A DNA stretch of 15,054 bases from an uncultured Anaerolineales bacterium (GCA_964353455.1 CAYGWP010000511.1:1-15054); one strand, 5' to 3'. Counted from the stretch's first letter, positions 1-7,625 are shown. Made by a program: numbers and translations. Notes: generated by a model not told the origin, from the letters alone.

Positions 1-1307
1 ACGGGTTTCGGCGACGGCGTGGCTAGCGCTGGCTTTACCTCAACCGGTTGCGGCGCGGGGGGCTTGGGCGTCGCGGGCGGTGGACGGCCTGCCGACGGTG
101 TACCGGCAACCTGAGAGGGCGCGAGGGCGGGTCCGCCGACAACGGGCGCAGTGTGCGAGCGCGGCAACGGCGGCGCGGGAGCCGGAGAGGGTGCGGGAGG
201 CACGGGCGCGGCTGGCGCCTTGGCGTCCGGCGTCCTCTTCTCGGATGGCGTAACAGGCCCGGAGGTAGGAGTGCTCAACGCCCAGTACACGACAAAGCCT
301 ATGACCACGAAGGCCGCAAGGCTGATGCCGGCGGCCATGGCTCCGTAGCGGCGGACATCGGTGGCCTCTGGCGCCCCGGCCTCGGCCGGCGGGAGTTTCG
401 TCGGTGCCGCCTCCACCGGCAAGAGCGCAGCGCACGTCGCGGGACGCTTGCGCGGGTCTTTCTCCAAACCGGCCATCAAGGCATCCACAACCGCCCCGCC
501 GCGCTCGGGCCGGGCGGCAGGCACGTGCTCGATCTGGTGCGGAATCTCGCCGCGGTGGAAGGGCGGGTTGCCTGTCAGGCACTCGTACATGGTGGCGGCA
601 AGGCTATAGACGTCCTGGGCGGTGGCGGGAGCGTCGCCGCGCAACTGTTCGGGAGACATATACGGCAGCGTGCCGCTGGTCACCTTGCCCGTGGTGCGGG
701 TGTAGGAGTCGCGCATCTCGCGGGCTATGCCGAAGTCGGTGACGAGGGGCGTGCCGTCGGCGGCGATGAGGATATTGGAGGGCTTCAAGTCGCGGTGGAT
801 GACCTTCTTGGAGTGGGCGAAATCTATCGCCTCGGCGACGGGCCGGAAGAGGCGGAGGACCTCATCTTCGGGCAGCGTGCCGCGCTCAGAGAGAACTTCC
901 TCAAGCGTGCGGCCATCGACGTAGTCCATCACCAGGAAGACGCCGTCGGCCGTCTCCTCGAACGACCGCAGCGTGACGATGTGCGGGTGCGAGAGTTGCA
1001 TGGCCAGCAGGGCCTCTTGCTTGAGGTTCCTGACGGCCCGCGGGTTTCGGGCGAGGACGGCGGCAGGCATCTTGACGGCGACGGGGCGGTCGTCGAGTTT
1101 CCGGTCCGCGGCCAGATAGACCGTGCCCATCGCGCCGCGCCCCAGTTCGCGGATAATGCGGTATCGGCCGGCGAGGATCGTCTCGCCCTTCAGTGTGGGG
1201 GCGGAGTCGAGGGTGTCGCCCGCGTCGCGGCCCGCTGCGTCCTGCGCGCGCTGCGTCTCGCCGAGGTCCAGGTCGTCGAGGTCGTCGTTATGGTTAGCGC
1301 CGGGCAT
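1..1307 (-). CDS. Hanks-type Ser/Thr protein kinase, partial. It reads N-terminal kinase domain, one TM helix, then a Pro-rich extracytoplasmic tail. The C-terminus runs off the left edge of the window.
   Basis: ATG at 1307..1305. Manual minus-strand translation gives MPGANHNDDLDDLDLGETQRAQDAAGRDAGDTLDSAPTLKGETILAGRYRIIRELGRGAMGTVYLAADRKL...VAVK, with a Gly-rich loop and the VAVK lysine. The catalytic loop AIDFAHSKKVIHRDLKPSNI is encoded around 784-843, followed by DFGIARE and an SPE motif. A predicted TM follows (AGISLAAFVVIGFVVYWAL, ~positions 250-310) and then a P/A-rich sequence. I checked every in-frame codon from 1307 down to position 3 and found no stop. The gene is absent from the ORF track, presumably because it has no stop inside the window. 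Confidence 0.85.
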   Translation of the reverse strand, partial: MPGANHNDDLDDLDLGETQRAQDAAGRDAGDTLDSAPTLKGETILAGRYRIIRELGRGAMGTVYLAADRKLDDRPVAVKMPAAVLARNPRAVRNLKQEALLAMQLSHPHIVTLRSFEETADGVFLVMDYVDGRTLEEVLSERGTLPEDEVLRLFRPVAEAIDFAHSKKVIHRDLKPSNILIAADGTPLVTDFGIAREMRDSYTRTTGKVTSGTLPYMSPEQLRGDAPATAQDVYSLAATMYECLTGNPPFHRGEIPHQIEHVPAARPERGGAVVDALMAGLEKDPRKRPATCAALLPVEAAPTKLPPAEAGAPEATDVRRYGAMAAGISLAAFVVIGFVVYWALSTPTSGPVTPSEKRTPDAKAPAAPVPPAPSPAPAPPLPRSHTAPVVGGPALAPSQVAGTPSAGRPPPATPKPPAPQPVEVKPALATPSPKP

Positions 1308-1334
1308 AGTTGGTCAAGCCCACCCCTCACCCTA

Positions 1335-1357
1335 CCCTCTCCCGCAAGGGGAGAGGG
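1335..1357. repeat. Palindromic repeat family B, copy 1: CCCTCTCCC-GCAA-GGGGAGAGGG, a 9-10 bp stem with a 4-nt loop.
   Basis: An exact inverted repeat seen directly in the sequence. It lies in the 119-nt spacer between the coiled-coil gene stop (1427) and the kinase start (1307). On the plus strand the loop reads GCAA. Confidence 0.8.
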
Positions 1358-1426
1358 ATGAAACGGCCAGCCACGGCGAGATTCTTCGGTCGCCGCGGCG
1401 ACCTCAGAATGACAGACTCACGCCGG

Positions 1427-2041
1427 CTATTCGTACTCGGTCTCAAGTTGCTTCAGGCGGTCCTGGGTTTCCTTCGAGAGGCCGGGGGCGGACTTCTCCT
1501 TGTCGGTCCCCTCCATCTCGCCCAGGCGCTGGTCGATGTCAATCGCCTCGCGCTCTTCCTCCTTGAACGTCTCCTTCATCATATCGCGGGTGGCGCGAGA
1601 CTGGGTTTCGAGGACCTCGAACTCCTCCTGCGCCTCGATGGCCACGGTATCGACCTCATCCTCGCTGGCCCCGCGTTCGCGCGCGGCCTTGATCTCGCCG
1701 ATCTTCGACAGCACCGCCGAGACCTGCCGGATGTTGCGCGAGATGATCCGGTGCCGCTCAAGGACGCGGTCGATCTCCTCGAAGGTCCGCTCGATCTCCT
1801 CAGCAATGACCTTGCGTGCAGAGCCTTTGGTCTTCTCGAACTCCTCTTTCTTCTTGAGCGCCCGCGTCTCAAGGCCGTGTATCTCCTCCTTGATTTCCTC
1901 CTCGCGGTCGTGGTTGGCGGCCTTGGCCCCGATGAGTCGGGCCTTGAGGTCCTCAAGGCGCTTGACGTCCGAAAGCCCCAGGCCCACCTTCTCGGCCAGG
2001 CGGCTGATGACGCTGCGAAGTCCCGCTGGAATCTCGGCCAT
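1427..2041 (-). CDS. Highly charged coiled-coil protein of 204 aa. A PspA/IM30 or ESCRT-III-like membrane-remodelling role is possible but unverified.
   Basis: ATG at 2041..2039 is preceded by GGGAGAGGAA (reverse complement of 2048-2057) with a ~6-nt spacer. The start lies 3 nt after the TAA stop (2045-2047) of the upstream peptidase gene, which suggests translational coupling. The protein is E/K/R/I-rich with heptad-like periodicity and no Cys or Trp. It does not look like an R/P/S-rich shadow ORF. It lacks the canonical PspA N-terminal amphipathic helix, so the family is unresolved. Confidence 0.75.
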   Translation of the reverse strand: MAEIPAGLRSVISRLAEKVGLGLSDVKRLEDLKARLIGAKAANHDREEEIKEEIHGLETRALKKKEEFEKTKGSARKVIAEEIERTFEEIDRVLERHRIISRNIRQVSAVLSKIGEIKAARERGASEDEVDTVAIEAQEEFEVLETQSRATRDMMKETFKEEEREAIDIDQRLGEMEGTDKEKSAPGLSKETQDRLKQLETEYE

Positions 2042-2044
2042 GTG

Positions 2045-4441
2045 TTATTCCTCTCCCTCTTTGAGGCGGCTCGCAAGCCGCTTCGTGACCACGCCCGTTG
2101 CATAGACCTGTGCGGCCCCAAATATGATGCCGCCTATGGTAATCGGAGTGCCGTTCACTCCCAACTGTAAAAGTTGCGGGACCACGGCTGCGGCGGCGGC
2201 AACCGCCACGCCGCCGGCGCACGTGCGGGCCACCTTCGAGGCCGTGCTGGGACCGGCGATGCGTATGCCGCCCTCGCCCATGCGCTTGTCGATCGCCAGG
2301 TGTCCGTCGCGCGTCCGGTAGATGCGGTATCCGCCGCGCCCCTGCATTGCCGCAAAGGCGTCGCGGATGGCGCTGCGGCGGTAGCCGGTCTCGCGCTTGA
2401 CGAGTTCCAGGTGCACGTTGCCGCCGTAGTGCGAATCCAGAAGGGCATCGACCTCGGTCTTGATGACCGAGATGCGGTGCTGCCGGGTCTCGGGCACAAG
2501 GCGGTCGAGGAAATCGGCCAGGCTCACGCGGTCGGCAAAGCGCGGCGGCTTACGGACCTGCCATCCGCCCTCCCCTTCGGGCGACGAGCAGACCACCCAA
2601 TGGTCGCCCCCCGCCACGCCGCGCACCGCGCTTTCCCACGCCACGGGCGCGGCCAGCGTGTAGAACGTAAAACGCGGGGCGGCGATGCTCTCGGCCTGCC
2701 GCCACTTCTCGTAGAGCGACCTCGCGAGGTCCACGAGTTCCGCGCTAGGAGTCGGCACGGCGGGGGCTTTGTCTTTCGCCATCACCAGCGGCGTGATGTG
2801 GGCCGCAACCACGTGCACGTCGGCCGAGAGGCCGCGGACGGTATAGACCCGCATCGCGCTGGTGGCGGCAAGTCGCTCCTGGAAATCTGCCGCCCACTTC
2901 AGGCCCGCCGGCACTCCCGCCCGGCCGCGCAGGGCCGAGAGCAGCCGGTCCGTCAGGTCCGCCGGCGGCGAGACATTGCGGATCTTCGGCTCGAACGGCA
3001 GATACGACCAGAACTTCGGGGGATTCACCTCCGGGAACGGCTGCCCCGTGGCGGTCGTCATGTTCTCATCAATGGCCGCAAGGAACCGCTGCTTGTGTGC
3101 TGCGGCGGCCGAGACGGCAGCGCGGAATTCATCCGGCCAGTCGCCCTGCGCGGGAAAGTACGCGGCCGCCTGCGCATCGGGGCTCCACGTGAAACCCATC
3201 CCTGCGAAGCGGCGGCGGTTCGCGGGCGTGTCTTCCATGATGCGGTCCGGGGCGTCGGGCGCGGCGAGGACGGCCGTGCCTGCGGGGAGGAGGCGGCCTT
3301 CCAGGTCGCGGGCGGGCTTGGCGAGGCGACGGACCAACTTGTCGATGTCGCCGCCCGACTCGGCGTGCGCGGCCGACGGCCCGACGAGCGGCCCCGTGAA
3401 CGCCTCGACGGCGTACTTCTCGACATAAGCATACGGCATGAGCGCGTGGCCCGGGGCCTCGGGGCAGTCGGTCGCCCAGGCGTCGCCCCAACTGTTGCGG
3501 ACGATGAAGTACCCTCCGCCGGGCACGTCGGCGTCATCGACGAACCCGACGATGCACCAGGCGTGGCCGACGGGCTGCGGCGTCTCGCCGGGCAGCGGCA
3601 TGGTGATCTTGCCGGTCCGGTTCGTCTCGGCCGACTGGTGCCAACTGGCGAAGACGGCCGTTGCGAAGACGACCGGCATTCCGGGGGCCTCGCCGTCGCC
3701 GGCCAGGGCATGCTTGTATTGATCGACATACGAGGGTTCGACCGTGCGGGCCTCGGGCATCCGGAACTGGCGGGCCTCATCGACCGCGCCGTCGGGAGGC
3801 GGACCTTGAGACTCGTTCCCCGTAACGTTCCGCGGATTATAGGGCCACGTGCCCGCCTGGCAGATGCCGTACTCGTTGAACGCGGCCATCGCCGTATGGA
3901 CATACGACCCCGGCCCCTGGACGCCGTCCAACTCCTTGCTCGCCCAGTACAGGAACTGCTCGGAGAGGGCCGCGCCGGGCCCGGCCAGAAATTCCCGCAG
4001 GGCCGTCGAGGCGAAGGCGGTGCACGTCGGCCGCTCGCCCTGGTTCTTGACGGGCGGGAGTTGATGCATGAGGCGGGCCGCCGCCGGGAGCGCCGGGCGC
4101 TTGCCGGCCCCAGGGGCGGGGCGGCGGCGGGCGGGCAACTCCGCGGCGCGCGCAAGCGCCCCCAGGACCTCGGCGTCAATCAGGCACCCCAGCGGACCGC
4201 CCGGCCGGGGGGCGGCGAGCGCGGCAAACCGCGGACCGAGGATCGTCGAGGCCGTCCGGTGCATCGTGCCGGCTGCGCCCGACGGGAACGGCAGGGCCTT
4301 CTCAAGGAGCGCCGGCTCGGCCGCCGCAACCAGGGCCACATATTCCTCGATGCTCTCGATCCAGAGCGACCGGAGGCGCTCGCGGACGGCCGGCGGAAAC
4401 GCCGCCATCCGCTCAAGCGGCGTGTGACCTTCGATTCTCAT
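2045..4441 (-). CDS. Papain-like (MEROPS C1 family) cysteine peptidase domain, fused to a ~400-aa domain of unknown function and a C-terminal hydrophobic TM anchor. 798 aa from the ATG at 4441.
   Basis: The track ORF begins at a GTG at 4486. An in-frame ATG at 4441..4439 is preceded by a perfect AGGAGG (reverse complement of 4449-4454) with a 7-nt spacer, so I take it as the start. The motif PPVKNQGERPTCTAFAS matches the papain oxyanion-hole Gln plus catalytic Cys region (papain: PVKNQGSCGSCWAFS). GHAWCIVGF supplies the catalytic His and YFIVRNSWGDAWA supplies the catalytic Asn with the NSWG motif. This peptidase domain is encoded at ~3330-4020. There is no N-terminal signal peptide. The C-terminus ends in VAVAAAAAVVPQLLQLGVNGTPITIGGIIFGAAQVYATGVV followed by a basic tail, which I read as a tail anchor. 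Confidence 0.85.
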   Translation of the reverse strand: MRIEGHTPLERMAAFPPAVRERLRSLWIESIEEYVALVAAAEPALLEKALPFPSGAAGTMHRTASTILGPRFAALAAPRPGGPLGCLIDAEVLGALARAAELPARRRPAPGAGKRPALPAAARLMHQLPPVKNQGERPTCTAFASTALREFLAGPGAALSEQFLYWASKELDGVQGPGSYVHTAMAAFNEYGICQAGTWPYNPRNVTGNESQGPPPDGAVDEARQFRMPEARTVEPSYVDQYKHALAGDGEAPGMPVVFATAVFASWHQSAETNRTGKITMPLPGETPQPVGHAWCIVGFVDDADVPGGGYFIVRNSWGDAWATDCPEAPGHALMPYAYVEKYAVEAFTGPLVGPSAAHAESGGDIDKLVRRLAKPARDLEGRLLPAGTAVLAAPDAPDRIMEDTPANRRRFAGMGFTWSPDAQAAAYFPAQGDWPDEFRAAVSAAAAHKQRFLAAIDENMTTATGQPFPEVNPPKFWSYLPFEPKIRNVSPPADLTDRLLSALRGRAGVPAGLKWAADFQERLAATSAMRVYTVRGLSADVHVVAAHITPLVMAKDKAPAVPTPSAELVDLARSLYEKWRQAESIAAPRFTFYTLAAPVAWESAVRGVAGGDHWVVCSSPEGEGGWQVRKPPRFADRVSLADFLDRLVPETRQHRISVIKTEVDALLDSHYGGNVHLELVKRETGYRRSAIRDAFAAMQGRGGYRIYRTRDGHLAIDKRMGEGGIRIAGPSTASKVARTCAGGVAVAAAAAVVPQLLQLGVNGTPITIGGIIFGAAQVYATGVVTKRLASRLKEGEE

Positions 4442-4486
4442 CGTGCGGCCTCCTGCGGTCCCGCGCCTCGGCGCGGCACCGTCCAC

Positions 4487-4509
4487 CCCTCTCCCGCAAG
4501 GGGAGAGGG
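4487..4509. repeat. Palindromic repeat family B, copy 2: CCCTCTCCC-GCAA-GGGGAGAGGG.
   Basis: The same 23-mer as copy 1. It sits in the leader between the small ORF stop (4567) and the peptidase ATG (4441), and overlaps the GTG-extended portion of the track ORF. Confidence 0.8.
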
Positions 4510-4528
4510 TTAACGCCGCTGCGGCGCC

Positions 4529-4556
4529 GCGCGGCGGGTCTCCCGACCCGCCGCGC
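4529..4556. repeat. Palindromic repeat family A: GCGCGGCGGGTC-TCCC-GACCCGCCGCGC, a 12-bp stem with a 4-nt loop.
   Basis: A perfect 12-bp inverted repeat. It lies 20 nt from B copy 2, in the leader of the peptidase gene. The loop is the complement of the loop at 7525-7528, so this copy is inverted relative to the copy at 7513-7540. Confidence 0.8.
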
Positions 4557-4566
4557 AGATGTCAAA

Positions 4567-4890
4567 CTACTGAATGCCGAACCGCCGCTTCTGCTCGTCC
4601 GTCAGGAGCGCCCCGTCGGGCGGGCGGCCGGCGTCGGGCTTCTCGAGGGCGGCGGCGCGCTCGCGGCCGACGGCCGACCGCAGCAATTCAAGCATCCGCG
4701 CGAGGCCCGGCTCGCCGAGTTCCAGAAGTCTCCGCAGCCCCTCTCGCCCCTCGGGCGTGGAGGCAAGGGCCAGGGCCTGCTCGGCCGTGCCGACCCACTG
4801 CCCCGCGAGTCGCTCGAGGGACGCGGCATCGAGGCCCACGACGTCGGCAAGCGGATGGTCCCGGCCCGGCTTTTCGCTCTTCGCTCCCAC
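4567..4890 (-). CDS. Small hypothetical protein of 107 aa with a GTG start.
   Basis: GTG at 4890..4888 is preceded by AAGGA (reverse complement of ~4896-4902). It lies 15 nt downstream of the kinase stop (TAA at 4906-4908). The composition is protein-like and Leu/Glu/Ala-rich rather than Arg/Pro/Ser junk. It fills the gap between two well-supported genes. I found no recognisable domain. Confidence 0.45.
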   Translation of the reverse strand: MGAKSEKPGRDHPLADVVGLDAASLERLAGQWVGTAEQALALASTPEGREGLRRLLELGEPGLARMLELLRSAVGRERAAALEKPDAGRPPDGALLTDEQKRRFGIQ

Positions 4891-4905
4891 GGCGGCATCC
4901 TTAAG

Positions 4906-7491
4906 TTATTGCTGCTGAATCTGTCCCACCGGGTTCCCGGCGGCGGTGTTGTCGGCGGCGATACTGGGCGAAGCGCCGCGCCAGAACTCGATGCCGTACC
5001 GTCCGTTTGAGTTGCACTTGTTGCGGCGGAGGGCCGGCGCCGTGCCGTCGCCCGATGCCGCGATGCCGCACGACTTGTTATTGCTGCATGTGTTCCCATC
5101 GGCCGTGCCGCCGGCCCCCTGGGCGAAGCAGATGCCGTGCTGCTCGTTGCCGGAGCAGACGTTGTCCTTCAGGGTCGGCGCGGTGCCGGCGTCGAGGACG
5201 AGGATGCCTGTATCCTTATTTTTGTCGCAGGTGCTGCCCTGTGCGATGCCTGCGGCGCCCTCGCCGAAATAGATGCCGCACTTCAAGTTCTCGGTGCAGA
5301 CGTTGCTCACGAGGCTGGGCGCGGCCCCGGCGCCGGTCACGGCGATGCCGGACCACTGGTTGGCCTTGCAGGTGTTCCCCTGGGCGGTGCCGCCGGCGCG
5401 TTTGCCGTAGGCGATGCCGTGATGTCCTGAGCCGACGGCGATGTTGTCGTTGATGATGGGCGTGGCATCGTCGCCGACGCGGATGCCGTCAAGCGCGCTC
5501 CCCTCCACGAGGCACTCGTGGATGAGGGGGCTGCACGCGCCCGTGATTGAGATGCCGCAGCCTGCGGCGGAGGCGATGCGGCACCGGAAGACTTCAACGG
5601 TGCTCGATACGATTTGGAGCGGGGACGGCCGCGCGGCGGCGCCCGATGCGCCCGCGCCGGCGTGCTGGAGCGTGAGGCCCGTCACGAGTCCGGACGAGCA
5701 GTTCCTCACGAGGAGGACGTCGGCCCGCGAGCCGTCCGAGCGGATGGTGACGCGGTCGTACCCTTCGCCGATGAGCCGCACGCCGTCCTTAAGTATAAGC
5801 GATTCGTCATAAGTTCCGGCATTGATGCGTACGGCGTCGCCGGGGCGGGCGGCATCTATGGCCGCCTGTATGGTCCGGTACTCGCCGGGCACGGCGAGTT
5901 CGGCCGGCCCCAGCAGGGCCTTGACGCGGGCCTGCATCCGGAGGGCCTCGGCGTGGGCCGGGTCGAGGCGGAGGATTTCGTCGATGGCCTTCATGGCGGC
6001 CTCGGCCTTCTCGCGGCCGTCGTTGGCCTTGGCGGCGGCCAGGAGTTTCCCGATCGTGATGCGCCGGTCCGCGGCGTCGCGCATCCGGCGGGCCTCCGCG
6101 TTGGCCGGGTCAACCTTGAGGAGTTCATCGAGTTTGGCGACGGCGGCGGCATCGTCCTTTTCGGACTTGGCGGCCGCCAGGAGTTGTGCGATTTTCTCTT
6201 CGCGTTTCTCGGCCGGGGACTCCTGCTTGGCGACTTCGCGGACCGGGGCGGCCTGCTCGCGGCGCTTGGCGTCGCCGGCGCCGCTGGACAGAAGGCCCTG
6301 GATGGCGGGCCATGCCACGAAGTAGATGCCGCAGGCCGCGCCGCCCAAGACCAGGACAAGCAGCACAAGGACGACCGGCCGGAGGGCGCGGCGTCTCGGC
6401 GCCTCTGGGGCGGCGGAAGACGAAACGGCCGCGTCGGTCAGCGGCAAGCGCGGCGGCTCCGGCTCAAGCGGCATATCGACCGGCACCACGGGCGCCGTGA
6501 CGGCAGCGATCTCGTCGGGCGTCTCGACGACTTCCACGGGCGGCGGGGCCGACGCCAGAAGCCCCACGAGGTCCGCGGCGGAGCGCGGCCGGCGCTCGGG
6601 CGTCTTCGCCAGCGCCCGGTGCAGGGCCGCGTTCATGTGGTCCGCGAGGCCCTGAATGGGGGGCGGCTCGGCATGGAGCAACTGATGCCCGATCGCCCCG
6701 CGGTAGAACGGCGGGTGCCCGGCAAGGCACTCATACAGGGTGGCCGCAAGGGAGTAGATGTCTGACGCCGGCGTCGGGTCCTTGCCGGAGTATTGCTCAG
6801 GCGACATATAAAGAAGGGTTCCGGTGGTCTCGCGGCCGGTTACGCGGGTGACCGAGTCCTTGAGTTCGCGGGCGATGCCGAAGTCGAGGACCTTGGCCGT
6901 GCCGTCGGACGCGACCATGATGTTGGAGGGTTTGACGTCGCGGTGGAGGACCGGCGGCCGCAGGTCGTGTGCGTAGTCGAGTGCGGCGGCCACATGGCGG
7001 GCGATCGGCTCCAGCATCTCCCACGGGAGACGGCGGCCGGGCTGCGCGGCCAGGATCGCCTCGAGCGTGCAGCCGGAGATGAACTCCATCACGAGGAACT
7101 TCGTGTCGGCGTCGGCGTGAAAATCGTGGAGGCGGCAGACGTGCGGGTGCGCGAGGCGCAGGCTGATGGCCGCCTCGCGCTTGAGGCCCGCGACGCTCGG
7201 CTGGTTCCGCGCAAGGACCATCGGCAGGACCTTGACGGCGACCGCGATGCCGAGTTCGCCGTCCTCGGCCTTCCAGACCTCGCCCATGCCGCCGGAGCCG
7301 GCCTTCTCGACGATCTTGTACCGGCCGGCCAGGACCGTGCCGGGCCCGATGGGCTCAGCGACAACGGTGTCGCCGTCGAGCGATTCGCCGCCGGTCGCCC
7401 GCCGCGGGGTCTGCGTGCTGAGGTCCGCCCCGCACGCGGTGCAGAACCGCACGCCGTCCGAGTTTTCCTGTCCGCACTTGCCGCAGAACAT
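4906..7491 (-). CDS. Multidomain Hanks-type Ser/Thr protein kinase. Order: N-terminal zinc ribbon, kinase domain, single TM helix, two TPR-like repeats, then a C-terminal right-handed parallel beta-helix (PbH1-type repeats).
   Basis: ATG at 7491..7489 gives MFCGKCGQENSDGVRFCTACG, a zinc ribbon. The track ORF extends to an upstream ATG at 7554. I reject that start because the extension would translate a palindromic repeat that also occurs intergenically at 4529-4556. Kinase motifs are GSGGMGEVWKA, AVKVL, HRDVKPSNIM, DFGIARE and GTLLYMSPEQ, encoded at ~6640-7330. The TM helix is RPVVLVLLVLVLGGAACGIYFVAWP at ~6330-6400. Two ~45-aa A/K/E-rich repeats lie at ~5930-6200. Repeating ~23-aa G-x-A-x-G-N-x-C units are encoded at 4906-5880. 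Confidence 0.9.
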   Translation of the reverse strand: MFCGKCGQENSDGVRFCTACGADLSTQTPRRATGGESLDGDTVVAEPIGPGTVLAGRYKIVEKAGSGGMGEVWKAEDGELGIAVAVKVLPMVLARNQPSVAGLKREAAISLRLAHPHVCRLHDFHADADTKFLVMEFISGCTLEAILAAQPGRRLPWEMLEPIARHVAAALDYAHDLRPPVLHRDVKPSNIMVASDGTAKVLDFGIARELKDSVTRVTGRETTGTLLYMSPEQYSGKDPTPASDIYSLAATLYECLAGHPPFYRGAIGHQLLHAEPPPIQGLADHMNAALHRALAKTPERRPRSAADLVGLLASAPPPVEVVETPDEIAAVTAPVVPVDMPLEPEPPRLPLTDAAVSSSAAPEAPRRRALRPVVLVLLVLVLGGAACGIYFVAWPAIQGLLSSGAGDAKRREQAAPVREVAKQESPAEKREEKIAQLLAAAKSEKDDAAAVAKLDELLKVDPANAEARRMRDAADRRITIGKLLAAAKANDGREKAEAAMKAIDEILRLDPAHAEALRMQARVKALLGPAELAVPGEYRTIQAAIDAARPGDAVRINAGTYDESLILKDGVRLIGEGYDRVTIRSDGSRADVLLVRNCSSGLVTGLTLQHAGAGASGAAARPSPLQIVSSTVEVFRCRIASAAGCGISITGACSPLIHECLVEGSALDGIRVGDDATPIINDNIAVGSGHHGIAYGKRAGGTAQGNTCKANQWSGIAVTGAGAAPSLVSNVCTENLKCGIYFGEGAAGIAQGSTCDKNKDTGILVLDAGTAPTLKDNVCSGNEQHGICFAQGAGGTADGNTCSNNKSCGIAASGDGTAPALRRNKCNSNGRYGIEFWRGASPSIAADNTAAGNPVGQIQQQ
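5935..6191 (-). repeat. Tandem duplication of ~110-120 nt, two copies about 147 nt apart and ~70% identical, inside the kinase gene. It encodes two TPR-like A/K/E-rich repeats.
   Basis: Copy 1 at 5935-6054 (CATCCGGAGGGCCTCGGCGTGGGCCGGGTCGAGGCGGAGGATTTCGTCGATGGC...) and copy 2 at 6082-6191 (CATCCGGCGGGCCTCCGCGTTGGCCGGGTCAACCTTGAGGAGTTCATCGAGTTTGGC...) are visibly similar. The matching protein repeats are IAQLLAAAKSEKDDAAAVAKLDELLKVDPANAEARRM and IGKLLAAAKANDGREKAEAAMKAIDEILRLDPAHAEALRM. Confidence 0.55.
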
Positions 7492-7512
7492 CAGTTGTCG
7501 GCCCTTACCCCG

Positions 7513-7540
7513 GCGCGGCGGGTCGGGAGACCCGCCGCGC
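7513..7540. repeat. Palindromic repeat family A: GCGCGGCGGGTC-GGGA-GACCCGCCGCGC.
   Basis: The stem is identical to 4529-4556, in the opposite orientation. It lies 22 nt upstream of the kinase ATG (7491). Confidence 0.8.
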
Positions 7541-7575
7541 AAAGCATGAAGCAATGTTGTCGAGAGGCTCCGTCA

Positions 7576-7600
7576 CCACGGGTTGACGAGTGACCCGTGG
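7576..7600. repeat. Stem-loop CCACGGGT-(9 nt)-ACCCGTGG.
   Basis: An 8-bp perfect inverted repeat in the structured leader between repeats A and B upstream of the kinase gene. Confidence 0.5.
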
Positions 7601-7625
7601 CACTCAAACGGCCCCCTCACCCCGG

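Noticed and set aside
48-1361. A 437-aa plus-strand ORF.
   Set aside because: It is exactly antisense to the kinase gene, whose HRDLKPSN, DFG and Gly-loop motifs read cleanly on the minus strand. It has Arg/Gly/Pro-rich junk composition. Its tail '...PSPARGEG' is just the translation of palindromic repeat B.
1427-2041. Calling the 204-aa coiled-coil protein PspA outright.
   Set aside because: The canonical PspA/IM30 N-terminal amphipathic helix and A/Q-rich composition are not evident. I keep it as a hypothesis (see findings) and not as an annotation.
2174-4513. A 779-aa plus-strand ORF, together with the 373-aa minus-strand ORF at 3058..4179 and other overlapping ORFs.
   Set aside because: These are shadow or alternate-frame ORFs over the C1 peptidase gene. 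They are R/G/P-rich with no motifs, whereas the peptidase frame carries an unmistakable papain catalytic triad and an AGGAGG RBS.
5614-6765. Plus-strand ORFs over 5000-7600, for example 5614..6765, 5007..5453 and 6793..7593.
   Set aside because: They are antisense to the second kinase gene. Compositions are Cys/Arg-rich or Gly/Arg-rich and characteristic of high-GC shadow frames.
7492-7554. An upstream ATG at 7554 that would extend the kinase by 21 aa (MLHALRGGSPDPPRRGKGRQL).
   Set aside because: The extension would translate palindromic repeat A, which also occurs in a clearly intergenic position at 4529-4556 in the opposite orientation. Other cluster proteins start directly with the zinc ribbon. 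I prefer the ATG at 7491. RBS evidence is weak for both starts, so this is not certain.
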